Shown here one piece after another: positions 11,848-24,728 of a stretch of DNA of 64,000 bases (position 1 is its first letter; each line of letters starts with the position of its first letter). The notes beneath the pieces are model-generated. The model was not told the DNA's origin. It saw only the letters and a program-made list of their open reading frames with translations, and made no database searches. A program made the position numbers and the translations under genes. This DNA is from Sarea resinae. Taxonomy: Eukaryota. Location: contig JAPEUD010000002.1 of the NCBI GenBank assembly GCA_026026165.1, forward strand, positions 62,001 to 126,000. The letters run 5' to 3'.

Positions 11848-12939
11848 GAGATCTCGCAGGTGTTCTGTTTTTAAATCTGGAGAGCGGAGTCGGTTGGGTA
11901 AGTGGCACATAGGAAGGCTTTGCTGTCGATTGTCGAATGATGTTTTTACGTTGTACGCGTGTGCGTTTTCCCCATCTGTGGGGTCGAGTAGGACATTGTG
12001 GCATGTGGTCTGCATTTGATGAATATCACGACATAGCTTTTTTTTCGAATGCGGATCGACCTTGCAGACGGCGGGCTGGCCAAGGCGATCCGATTTGACC
12101 TCTCAGGACGTCTGTATGTATGTACGCGCTGTCGTCGATGATACGAGGTAGAAGTCCTATCAATTACTGTTTCTGGCCTCGTCAAAACCGCTGCTGCCGT
12201 CGGCTGTAACGTGTCGCAAGTGAGCGCGTGCGCGTCCGTCTTCTCTTCTCTTCTCTTCGGTTTCATCTGCTGTCAGCTCCCAACCGTCTTGATCGGCCGT
12301 GCGGACCTGTCCCTCGCCCGATCAAGGACACGAGCAATTGAAGGAAGGGTAGGTGCGTGATGAAAACGAAATCCTGCTTTTCTTTTTCCCTTTTGGCACT
12401 CGAAGGAGTCGCGCGATGGATCATGGATGATGTCACACAGGCCAGTTGCAGATATCAATACGGATTCGCCTGCAGTCCCATTACGAGGTATCGGGAGTAC
12501 GAACGAACGAATGGCGAAGCAGGGGCGTTTGCTTCCGATGCAGTGGAAAACGCCAAACACCGCCATGACCGTTGCATGATGAATTTGATTCGGATCCAGA
12601 CACCAGCCACTAATGATCTGACAGCTCGTTCCCGGCTCGCCTGCCGTCATCCTGCCAGGGTTTCTCTCTTTTTTTTCTATTCTCGTCTTTCGCCTCGTTT
12701 TTCTCTGCTGGGGACGTCTCTGGTTTGGCCTGGGCTGACCTGGTCAGGCCTGGCTCTGGTTCGGGTGGGCGCTGTATTCGTCCGAGACCTACGCCGCCGG
12801 GGCGGGCTCCCCGCCGTTGCTGTTCTCGTCGTCGTCATCTTCGTCGCCGTCGCCTTGCACCGCTCACTCGCTCCACCTCGTTTCCGTAATGTGTGGGGTA
12901 AGACATGCATCGATGATGAACCCGACGGAACTTGTCTGA

Positions 12940-14670
12940 AACATCACATCGATTGATGGGGATAAAGAGGGATGCATGTGCTTGGCATTGCATGGCATCG
13001 CATGGCATGGCAGCGCATGGCAGTGCATGGCCTGGCGTTGTCTCGCTCGTCGCGCTCGTCGCGCTCTTCTCGCCCGTCTCGCCTGGTCCCGACATGTCTT
13101 GCGTCTGCATGGCATAGCATTGCGCACGAGCGGGCGAGGAATGAAGAGAGAGATGAGTACGACGCGACACGAACCGACACGACCGACACGAATCGACACG
13201 AGTCAATGCGGTTCGTCGATACTGCGCTTGCCTGCTGGCTTGCTGGCTTGCACCGAGGCCGCGCCCCCTTCTCTTTCCCTGCCCTTCTGACCGCCCGCAG
13301 CAGATGATTCATGATCGATCAGCCCTGGTCGAGGGTTATTTTAAGCTCTGTAGCCGCATCGACACAAGGACGTCGACGTACGAACTGGGCCGTACACGAT
13401 CGAGTTTGAAGCTCCCAGTCCAGTCCAGTCGAGTCGAATCAATTGAAAGAGAACAAGAGTCTCAGATCGGACTGGCATATGGACACAGCATTCATAAAAT
13501 AGCCGGGTCCGCCGCGTCGGGTCGGGTTGGGTGACACATCTAACACGGGCAGAGAATGCTTGTTCCAACTCGAATATAGACTCACTGACTTACTGCCTTA
13601 CTGACTCACTCATCCACCCACCCATCATCGCGTCTCCTTGTGGGCGGCGCATCTCCATCTCGTCTCCATCATATCGACGACCTTTCTTGTTTTCCCACGC
13701 TTCCAAGGCACACACACGGTCAACACGACCTAGGGTATCACTCAAGGCAAGAGAAAAACAGTGCACACACACACATTGACACACTGACGCACTAACACTC
13801 CAACCCGACGGGACGCCCACCCCGGCACCTATTCCTGACAGATATCAATATCAATATCGCTATCGCTATCGCTATCGCTATTGCTATAGAAGCCATCCCA
13901 TGTCTTCCATATCATCTCAGACCTACTGTATTCGTATTCGTATATTGAATGTTAAATATAGTATAATACAACATACTATCATACTATCATATCGAAGCCC
14001 GGACTCACCGAGACGAGGACGAGAATGAGAACCAGGACAAGGACAAGGAGTGCGGATCCTCGGAGCCGTCGTTCTGTCCTGTGCTTTCCTACGCCTGCCT
14101 AGGTTCCACTATCAAATCGAATCGATACTATACTATACTATACTATACCAGCCCATCCCATACCAGCCCATCGCATCCCAACCTTTCCTACGCCAGCCTA
14201 TACTACTATACTATACTATACCATAACATACCATCCCATCCCATCCCATCCCAGCCCGTACCGTCCCAGCACCACGGTCATTCTCGTCGTGGCTGGCGGA
14301 GATCCGAAACCCGTAACCCGTTACCGTAGCCTCAATTACCCCCAGCCTTCTAGCCTCTCATCCCATCCCATCCCATCATATCCCTATCCTATCCCTTGTG
14401 CTCCCCTGCCATCCCATCCCATCGTATCCTATCCCATCCCATCTCAGGCAGAGAACACAAACGCGAAACACAGCCAGCCAGCCAGCCAGCTAGCTAGTGC
14501 AATTGACGGACGGACTTGACTTTTTGAATCTGTTTGTTTGTTTGTTTGGCCTGGGTTTGTGTGGGCTACCTAGGGAAGGGGGAGGGTTGAGAGGACGATG
14601 GGCTGGAGGAGGGTGGGTGGTGGTGATAATAGTGGTAGTAGTGATAGTGATAGTGATAGTGATAGTGGTA

Positions 14671-14723
<53 letters not shown>

Positions 14724-15740
14724 CACAGACAACAGAGTGGGTTTTAGGTTCAGAGACAGAGGGTGTAGTAGGAGTGTGTAAGAAATATAAACCTACCTAC
14801 CTACCTACTTATCCCTCTCTCTCTCAGTAAAACAAGAGGCTTCTAAAACCCAGAATAAGAGGAATACAAGAGGTTTCGAGGGATAGAAGAAAACAAGAAG
14901 ATCTAAGAAATTCTTTTCTCTTCTAGAAGGAAGAAAGAAATAGTACATGTTTCAGAATAAGTCGACTCTTTATTTCCTCAACCTAGAGATAAAGTAGATC
15001 TTGGAACATATCTGTACTCTCTGCTCTATACATGTATGGGTAGATTTTATGTCTGGTATGGTATGATTATACTTGGGAGATAAATCGGTGTGTGCTTGAA
15101 ACGACGATGATGATGAAGACGAACAAGGGGAACAACGAGGACAACGAGGACGACAAGGATAATAGGGACAACGAGGATAATGAGGACAGGACAACAACGG
15201 CCATTGTGGGATTGATCAATTAGCTACGCTGCTAACGAACAGAACGAACAACGACGACGACGACGACAACGACGACACGGACACAAACGCTGATGGTAAC
15301 AAGACGGCTGCGCTAACAGACAGACAAACATGGAAGATAGAAAACGATTTAAGTAGGTAGGTGGGCCGGATTAACATTTAGTTCTCCACTGGAAAGAAGA
15401 TACATACAAGATACATCGAAGGAAGAGTAGAAGGAAGAGTGGAAGGACGAGTAGAAGGATGGGTAGAAGGATGAGTAGAAGGAAGCGTAAAGAGAGAAGG
15501 AAGAGTAAATGAAGGGCAGAAGAAAAGGTTAGGAAGACAAGAAAAAAGAGAAATGAAGTCTATTCCAAATTCCAGTCTCTACTTCCAATATCCAAATCTA
15601 GTTCCCAATCGCTGGGACGGACGGACGGACGGACGGACGGACGGACGGGTAGAGAGACAGCCAGACAACAAAAAAGGAAAATCGCTCCATCAAACAAAAA
15701 TACCCACCGTCCGTCCGTCGGTCCGTCCGTCCGTTTATTA
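12940..15740. repeat. Microsatellite/low-complexity-rich intergenic tract
   Basis: Contains (GCATG)n at ~12990, (CTATCG)n at ~13855, (TACTA)n and (CATCC)n at 14125-14440, (GTGATA)n/(GTA)n at 14620-14723, 9-mer GAGGACAAC-like and 12-mer AGTAGAAGGANG repeats at 15120-15500, and (GGAC)n/(CCGT)n at 15615-15734. No credible coding signal. Confidence 0.85.
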
Positions 15741-15800
15741 ACTTCCCCCTTCTCTTTCCATTCAGCGTCAGAACAGGAACCCCATCATGACACGTCTCCA

Positions 15801-18800
15801 TCACGACACCCCCCCAAGCTCCTCCTCGATACCCCTTTCTCTGGCCCCCACCAGTCCCCCCCCACCATGAGGACTTCCCCCACCACCAAGGCCAAGCCTG
15901 CTGAACCTTTTCCTAACATTGCCGACGATCTGACGACCATTACTCTTCGCGCTCAGCAGAGAGGTCGTGTTACTCTCCGCCGTCATGGGCCTGCCATCAT
16001 GACCGTCATGATCAGTGCGAACGCTGGGCGTACGACTGCCGCTTCTGCCGCTTCTGCCACCACTCCGCCGACTCAAATTGGATGGTCGCGGTCGTAGCGC
16101 CGTTGCCGTGCCAGTGGCCGTGGGTGGCGGCGATAGCGTCGTCTGGGAAGACGTTTCGCCCTGGCCTTGATAATGGCGGGACCGTGACCGCGACTGCGAT
16201 GTCGTGGCCGGCGAAGACGGGTCCGTCGTGGTGTCGCCATTAGTCGTGTGCGACTCCGTGCGCTGCAGCTCGGGCGTGCTGGGCCGGAGGCTGAAACCGT
16301 GGCCGTGGTGGCCGTGACCATAGCGGTGACCGTGGCCGTTGGATTTGCTGTTGGTGGTGGTGTTGCTTTTGCGGCTCTGGCTGCGGTCATGCTGCGAGTG
16401 GTTCTCGGCGTTGTTCGTATGCCGTTTGAGAAAGGAGAGGCTGAGACGCGACTTGTCGTGTCGTGTCTGTCGCTGCGAGGACGACGTATCTTGCGATGTG
16501 ATTGTCTCGCCTCGAAGGCGCTTGTTTGAGAGGCCTTCGACATTGACGGTCGGTGGTGGCGAAATTGCAGCGAGTGAGGCTTGCGGGGTGGGCGTCTCCC
16601 GCTGTTGAGAGGATGGGACGAGAGAGGACAACTCGGGGGCGAAGGTGTGCTCGAAATCTTACAAGTCCGTTAGTATATGTACTCCAAACAGAAAAAAGAA
16701 TACCCACTGCTTGTCAGCTCAATCTGCGTGGCCTGGTGCGCCGATCTCGAGTACAAGGTCAAGCATCGTTTCACCTGCAAGGCATGGTCGAGCAGCGCAA
16801 CTTGCAACGCCTTTTCCAGAGGATCCCATTCCTTCTCCTCCACCACCGCCTCCTCGTCCTCTTCTTCATCCACCTCTCTCACCGGAAGCATGTCGCGGTA
16901 TCTCGCGATGCTGGCGGCTGACGTCCCATCAACGGAAACATTCAACATCTCTGTCATCATACTAAATCCAGAATCGTCACCATTCGTAATGCGTCTCTCC
17001 AAGATAGCCAGCTCTTGCGTCTTCCTCACCGTCCGCTCAATTGCAGTTTGAAGCGGTGATAAGCGGACGTCCTCTATGGCGACTATTTCACTTCTGCGGA
17101 GAATTGTAGGAAACGTCTCGGCCGTGATATATACAGTCTTCTCGACCGAGTGATCCGTGATGCTCCTCCCCCCTGCTCTCCTCCGAGACGTCACTGAGAA
17201 GCGATCGAGCTTCTGCGACAGAGCCCACTCTCTGACCCGAGGCGATACCTTCCACCTCTGGTAGACGGGATGTGCCACATCTTTATGTGGGCTGACGGTG
17301 CTGATCTGCAAGAATTGGCCTTCCACATCCTCAATCTCGCCAGCAGGGACAATTTGAGCAGCAGGATGCTGTTGCTGCATTCGATCCGTGAAAGAGGCGA
17401 ATCGTTCCGAGGGGGATCCTTCGAAGATGAATTGCTTGTCCCTCAGAGCGACCGGGAAACCAAGCCCTCTGTAGATGACCCTGAAATATCTAGGGCTCTG
17501 AGGCTCGCCGTCGGATATCGTCTCGTAAACCTTCGCCATGGCTCTCTGGGTTCGCGCAAGCTTTGAGAAGTCAAACGTGTTCGTCTCGTACTGGAGTGCC
17601 AGCTCTTTATAGGTCTCCAAAGCGTTATCCCACGACTTTCCGTCCTCGAAATGCTTGATCATTTCAAAGTAGAGTTGCTCCTTTCGTTCAAAGGCGGTCT
17701 GTTCAGGGAAAAGGGGATCCTCTAGGCTACTGACGGTCTTATTTGGGTCCCAATTATACAGATCTGCATGCAATCGTAAAGCCAAGCCCGCTTCCTTGGC
17801 GTTCCCGGTCTCGGCTTGCAGATTTGCCAACTGGTGGACATACTGAATGTATATATCTTCCTTCTGCATATCTTTCAGAAACTCCATAAGCCGCAAGGTG
17901 TGCATAATATGGAATGCCTCTCCGGTGGTCTCGGGGCTGTGGACCGCAACCAAAAGATCCAGCAACTCATCAATCACCCCGATCAGGTCCTTGATAGCAG
18001 AATAGAGCGGATCGTCGGGCACCTGAGACAACGGCTCGAATAGATCTAGAAGCTCGCTGATGAACAGCTTTTGCAAAATGCTCTCCGTCAACGGCTTTGA
18101 CTTGAAAAGAATGTTCAAGCAGTCGATCATCTCCGCCTGTATCAAGGATAGATCATCACTCAGAGTCCACTCGCTAACAATCATTGTCTGCAGAACTTCA
18201 ATCGCCACGCTTCGAAGGCCTTCGTGAACACTGAGACATAGCTCGACAATGGGTGCCACTAAGCCAGGAACGTATTGTACTTGATAACCTCCCATTTTCT
18301 CCAATCCGTATCGTCTTCGATCTTCCATTGTCGTTTCCCATCCTATGGCTTCCCAACTGCGCCGTAGCAGATCTGCACCTGATTCACGGATGTCTCCAGC
18401 GATTTTCCAAACGGCTCTTCTTTTCTGTTCTGGAAATGTCTCGAGTGTTAAGACCTCACTTCCTACCAGTTTGAGAAGAGTGTCAAAGAACATGCGCCAG
18501 AGATCAGTATTGAATTCATCCGCTTCATCTGGATGCGGGAGAAAGGAGTCCACCAGCACGTTGGATAAGTATTCAAGTGTTCGTAGAATGGACCTATGAT
18601 GGTAGATGTGAACACTCAACCACGAAGATGGGAAAGCCTCGCCAACAAGAATTGACATCTTGACCTGGAGAGTATTAAAGAGGAGGTCGGATAGTTGCTC
18701 CCCTTCCAGGCCTAGGGCACAAAAAGAGGGCCCACACGACATGGCTGCAAGAAGCGCCGATATTTCGACTAGAGCTTCATCAAAGACAGGTCGGCCGGCA

Positions 18801-21800
18801 ATAGTTTTCGTCGGAAACGGATAGGTTCTTGAAAAGAGTAACGAGAGACTGGTTTTCTCTGCGCGCTCGGTTGTCTTGATCGCAAGATAGGATTCGACAG
18901 CCTTGGGAATATATTCTGACACTTCAGGACCGAGTTGGTCGACTTGCGAGGAAACGACGGAACAGCAAAGACGCACTTGATCCCGCCACTGGTCCGTGAC
19001 ATGTTCGGTGTAGCCCCAATAAGGAGCAAGCCAACGGACGGTATTGACTGCCAATATCCGTCGATTTTCTGGCTGCGAGAAGACAGCTAGAGTAGAGTAG
19101 TTGGCGATCAGGATAAGCTTGAAGAGTATGAGCTTGCCCGTAACATTTTCGCAGGCGTCCATAAAGTCCACTGCGGTTTGGACTACCTCTTCGGTGGGAA
19201 GTAGCCCGGAAAGCTCAGGAAGCCACGTATGAAAGTGTTGAACGACAAGAGTTTGACTACCAATCAGAATTGGTGTCGAACTTTTCATCAAATTTTCCAA
19301 AGCCTTGAAGATTCGCCGCAGGTCACGCGTGAATGTCGGCTGCGTGCTGGTGATCCCTATGCCTGCTTCTTTGATCTTTTGTTGTTCCCTAGCATTCAGG
19401 ATCAACTTCAAGATATGACGGCCGACCTTGAATGCGGCACGAAGTTTTCTTGAGCTGTCCAGCTCAGCTGGTTTCGACAATAGGCGGGCATAACTTCTGA
19501 GCAGGCAAGGCGTTGCAAAAGGGTAGTTGAACTTTTCCTCCGCGTAACGGTCCACCAGAGGGCCCACATTGAAGCGTCGATCGTGGACTATACCCAAAAC
19601 AATAACTAAAGCATTGAAGACTAGGTCTTCATAATCATCCTTGCCTGAATGCTCAACTAATATACCGAAGAGAGAATCGAACACGTCTCCAAGAAGTTTG
19701 ACGATTTCTATTTCGGGCACAAACACCACCCGCTTGAGCAGCTCCACGACTTCTTCGGACGTTCTCTCGCGCCATTTTAGTAGCCCCAGGACGACCTTGT
19801 CTTGAGAGAATCTAGTACTGCAGAGATAGCTCTCTAGCTTGATTGTCGCAACATGGCCTGTCACAGCTTCATCTTTAGAGATGTCGTCCTTTCCTTTAGC
19901 ATTCCATCGAGTTGATAGATAAGCGCCCTTTCCGTTCACAGTACCGGACGTATGCTCATCATATTTGTAAAGTAGAAGCGAATGAGTTCCGTCACGGATG
20001 AAGGCCTGTTGTTCCCAAAGTGGCATCCAGCAGAGAGCAAATGGGAAATTAGGAGCATCCGCAAGGCTCATGACTAGATGACAATCGGGAACATCATCGG
20101 GTGGGATTGCAAGCCTCACCGTCTGACGCCAGCCTTCACCGGCCTCCACACCTGTAGTCTGCCATGCCGTGTGGCCAATACTATTAGATGAAGGGTAGAT
20201 GCAATTTTCTATTCGGTCACCTGAGCTCTTGCGGACTTCCAGCGTAAGCTGGAGATTGGATAGTCCTGCCGTCGGAGGTATCGAAAGGCTTCCAAATTTA
20301 GGATGTGACAGCAATGCATTTCGAGAAAGCAAGGCCTCGGATATGGTTATGTAGATATCGGATCGCGGTTGCGTAGGCGCGCCAGAAAATCCAATCTTCT
20401 TAATCCGGTCAATGTTATGCAGAAGGGTTGGAGTTTTCTTAATCAACGTATCAGCATCGGGGCAAGACATTGCCTGGATATGCAGATGAACGCGATCTGC
20501 AGTGAGCTTGGAATAGCATCCTGATCGACTCTCAATAAAGTCTTGAATAACCTCGTCCCAGTTGTCCCCAATCTCCTCGGCCACTGCTGTCGTGGGAGCC
20601 CACATGTCGAGCACTTGTTCCGCGCACTGATCTGCTTTCATCATGTGGCCAATCGAAATAACGCCAACGCCTACTGTGCGCTTGATCATCGGCGCATCTT
20701 TTGATCCGGGTTTGAGTCCCGAGGTGGCAGGCCGAGTGTCACCTTGCGCACTAGTAGGATCTTGCGTCGGGGTATGAACGGCGTCGCGATTCCGATGTGA
20801 GTCTCTTGAGCTCTTGGAACCCCACATGAAGCTCCGTCTTCCACCTTTTGGGCTTGCAACAGTCGGCGAGTGGGATGAAGATTGGGGGCTGCCTTCCCTC
20901 GATACGACATTCCTTGATGGGCTAGCTGTGACAGGTCTAACTGCTCTAGGTCGTTGGATCTTCACGACGAAGTAGAGCGACGATTCTGTACCTGTCCCCT
21001 CTCCTATATCCTTGGTGCTCAGGTCGGTAAAGAGAGCCTTTAGATTGTTCGCCTGGGCTAGACCAGGGGGATTACCATGAGCAGGAATGTCCGCCGAATA
21101 GTTTTCGGAGATCTGGACCGGAGGAAGGCCAGTAGTTCTGGAGTAGAGAGCTAGAGTAAGCGTTGTCGACTCCCGGGGCGCACCTCCGAAAGCTTTCAGG
21201 TCGACGAGTAAGTGATGCAAGGTATGCAACGTCGGAGTACCCTCGACATGATGCGCTGGCTTCTCGTCGAGAAGATTCATCATAGCTTGCAATCGAGTGA
21301 TCTCGATTGCGGAATCATCACCGGTGAGGATTCGACCGCGCTGAGTAGGATCTCGAACAATGACTTCACCGCTCAGCATCTTATTCCCGCTCACAAGGTC
21401 CCATACCGTTTTCTCGCGTAGTATTTCCAGCTCTCGACCAGTCAATACGCCACACAAGAGCTTTTTTCGGGCCATGTCCAACTGTTGGACCAAATTCGAC
21501 ATCTTCTCGAGAGCACCATATCTTCGTGCCAGTAACAGTTCATGTAAATTTGTCGAGTGCCATTCCCTCAGACACGAAGCGATTTCGTCCACCAGAGGTT
21601 CTTGCGCCGATGTTGGGGTCTCGTCGCCAATCTTTAGCATGGGAACCGGCGCTGGAGGCTTGGGTGCGCTGGGATCTCGCGGGCCGGCCGAGAGAGGAGA
21701 GAGCGGAATTGCCAACTGGTTGAATGACTGTCGTGACCTGATGGAGCGAGGAGATGACTTGTTCATGAATGTCGTGCTTTCGCGTTTGTCCGACTTCCGC

Positions 21801-22270
21801 TTTGAATGAGATCGCGAGATTGCCGCGGCCTCGATTGTCGAAACCGACTTTCTCCTTGTCGAAGGCCTTGACCGAAGAGACATCCGCTTTGCACCGCTGA
21901 GCCTGGTAAATGTATCATCGCTCGGCAGGCCACCGTTTGTGTATCCATTGCTGAAGTTATCCTCGGTCAGATAACCTTCTTGTCCAAACGATCTCGTCTC
22001 TCCCAGAATCTCTCTTATCTGGACGCAATTTCTCGGGAAAATGCCCGAGAAGACGCGCGCCTCCAGTGTCTGTCCTTTGACGCTCGTCAAGCCTGCCAAT
22101 AAAGACGGTGGCGCAACGAGATAACCCCTGAACCAGGACCCATCCGAGCCACCTTGTTCAATAATATAGATCGAGTCTCCTATCTCGAGAGGGAGGTCTT
22201 GTGGCGAAGATGGTTGGAACGGGTATATGGCGACTGCAAAGGCAATTCGCGCAAGAGGCCGCCAGGGCAT
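15801..22270 (-). CDS. DOCK-family (dedicator of cytokinesis) Rac/Cdc42 guanine nucleotide exchange factor; SH3, C2/DHR-1 and DHR-2 domains, 2 exons
   Basis: Starts MPWRPLARIAFAVAIYPF (ATG 22270) with an SH3 domain (LPLEIGDSIYIIEQGG..WFRGY). Other motifs: PRSDIYITI, YFRVIYRGLGFP..LRDKQFIFEG, FPTILRRSEI, SPLQTAIE. Intron 16707-16658 (GTGGGT...CTAAC...AAG) joins in frame to a low-complexity C-terminal exon (ORF 15801-16631). Confidence 0.95.
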
Positions 22271-23545
22271 GATGCCGGTCGAGCTCGTGGTGGTCCGTGT
22301 GGTTATGAAGATGCAGCGCAAGCCGCCTGCTTGCCTTATCCTGCGTGTGCGCAACGCCAGCTGCGCATTGAGGACGGGCGAATCGAAGCCGCTAAAGCAA
22401 GTGTCCTCGAGCAAGTATTGCGCCGGCAATGGTGAAGTTGAAGCTGTCGCGACGTCTTTCTGCTCGGTGTTTTGGGAGCGAGCCCCTAAAGGTAAATCTT
22501 CCCAAGTCGTACGGTGGTAGTGTACGGAGTACGAATACCTAGCGATTACTCTACAGACAACGCCAAGGTCGACACGAGCTTCGAGTGAGCGCAAAGAAGC
22601 CTCCCTGGCTTATCCAGAGAAGAGCGGGCAGATGAGAGGTGACTGTTAGGCCGTCGTAATGGTCTGCATGAGAATTGCGTATGGTCCGTCGTATTATCCA
22701 GTGTTGAGCGATGGTGTCGCGGGCAGCGCGAGCAACAAAGTCCTCCAGGCTCTTGGCCGAATTGTTGTGGTCGGACTGACTGAGGGCTCGAGCGTCCTCG
22801 CCTAGCACGATCGATACTTTGCATCAGCCGTTGCATCCGCCCATCGGCCGCGTACCTCATCCGTACCTGCACCACCTCAGCCAGCCACTATGGACCGACC
22901 CCGGACTTCGAAGTGGAGCGGAGCCTGGATTCATTTCCACCGTCTGGGCACCCCGTCCACGGGCGGAATGCAGCATAGTACCCCGGCGTCGTCATTCCAA
23001 GCATCTTCATCTTCATCTTGAGCCTCATTTCCATCGTTTTGATCACACATATGTCCATGGATCCACACTCGACTTCCTCGAGCGCTACGGTACGGCAGAC
23101 GCCCGTCCTGACGTTGACGTCGTCTACTAGACCCGATACGGAAATGCATCAACAACAGATGGAGCAGGTGCTGTGACTCAGGGTGGCTATAACGGGTCGG
23201 AATCAAAATCAGACTCGGAGTCAGAGCAAGCACCCGATAAGCATCTCCTGCCTGAATATACGTTTACGTTCCAAGTCGTCTCTGATTTCGATTCTGACTG
23301 GATACCCTGTGAGTGTCATGAGCGTACTACTCCTTTTCGGTTGTTTTTGTAAAGTGAAAGAGAGAAAAGAGCACTGGAAGGAAAGACATCGAGTGTCCTC
23401 TTCCTCTCATGGCTATATAAGGCTGTCGCGGTCTGCTGCTGTGGGGAATTGATTCTTCCGAGGGACGCTACTAATTCAACGTTGCGTTTCAAGGGTACCA
23501 GAACAAAGACCTAACTCTGGATTATTGATTATTTCGCGACTTGAA

Positions 23546-24728
23546 ATGCCTGTGACTATCTAGACCGCGCCCCATGGCGCAAATATCATAACGAAGGTCG
23601 GCAATGAGGACGACTTCGGACCTGTGGCGCTCAAACCAATCCACGATGCGAAACGGCTTCTCGAGCTAGCTTGCCCTAAAGACCACGAGAAAAGTCTCGG
23701 GATCATTCAATCATCGTTCTTCTTTCCAGAAGAAGGATCTGAGTCGAAGTCCGCGATTTCGGCCTCAGACAACGGTTTCGTCCGCGCAGTCCTCGATTCC
23801 TATAATCATCACTACCATCTGCGCATCCGACCTGATGACGTCTGGCAGTCCATCTTGGTGCAGTTCAGTATCTACATCAACAACCATGCTGAGGAGCTGC
23901 GCGGCAAGTTCGTGGCGCATGATGGTCAGAAAAGAGCTCTCTGTCGGAATCTCGACGTATGAACAATTCGATCTGTTCGCCAAGATGATCAGCCATAAGA
24001 TACAGGAGAACGTTACGGATGCCAAGCTGCGCGACTGGATGATACCGAAGTTCTCGACCAGTACGGAAAAGGATGAAGTCGTCAACAGTATCTTGTTCAT
24101 GGGCGCGATGCAGAAATACTTCTCATACAAGGCCTATGCGTGGTGCGGTACGCCGTCCGTGACGCTCTTAAGCTCTCGCCAAGTCTGGGAAAGTATCTTG
24201 ACGCGGGTGGAGAAGCTGGCCGACTACGGTGACGAGCCGAAGCTATAGAGAACACTGCTGAAGCCCGTGCTGCAATATTTCGTCAAGAGTTTTGACGACC
24301 CTCAGGCCGACGACGTGGTATCTTTCTGGCAGCGCGTGATGCAACGCAACGCATTAAGCAGTGCAGGGCCTGGTCCGTTCTACTTTTCCGGATGGATATC
24401 TGCATTTGTGTTCTGGGATCAGCACGGCAGGTGCCTCTATCACGATAATGGAGAGTTTCAGAGGTATGCTCTAAAATTAGATGGCGTGATCTACCATTGC
24501 GTATACGCGGACGCGATACTGTCAGGATCGTCCTCTGTCCCGGTGATAGTTGTTGACCTGATACACGGCGTCAAATTCAATACCGTAATGACTGCGGGAT
24601 CTGTGGGAATCGAATTCTCGAGTAGTGAGAGCCCGTCCGCGAATGACGGAAAAATAGGGCTGGATACTATGACTCCCTTCTCTGGATGGTGGATCTGCAA
24701 GACTGGAGAAGAAAAACCGACCTCATAG
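23546..24728 (+). pseudogene. DUF4419-like protein pseudogene
   Basis: Family-like motifs (SDNGFVRAVLDSYNHHYHLRIRPDDVW, IPKFSTST, MGAMQKYFSY, CGTPSVTL, SGWISAFVFWD) are spread over two frames. Lesions: in-frame TAG at 23561, frameshift at ~23929-23933 (CAGAAAAGAG), in-frame TAG at 24246. Confidence 0.75.

Noticed and set aside
14490..14781. Poly-Thr and poly-Val ORFs
   Set aside because: They are translations of the (GTA)n/(GTGATA)n microsatellite.
22271..22594. 108-aa N-terminal extension of the DOCK ORF
   Set aside because: It starts at a TTG with no in-frame ATG; the family-like sequence begins at MPWRPL (22270).
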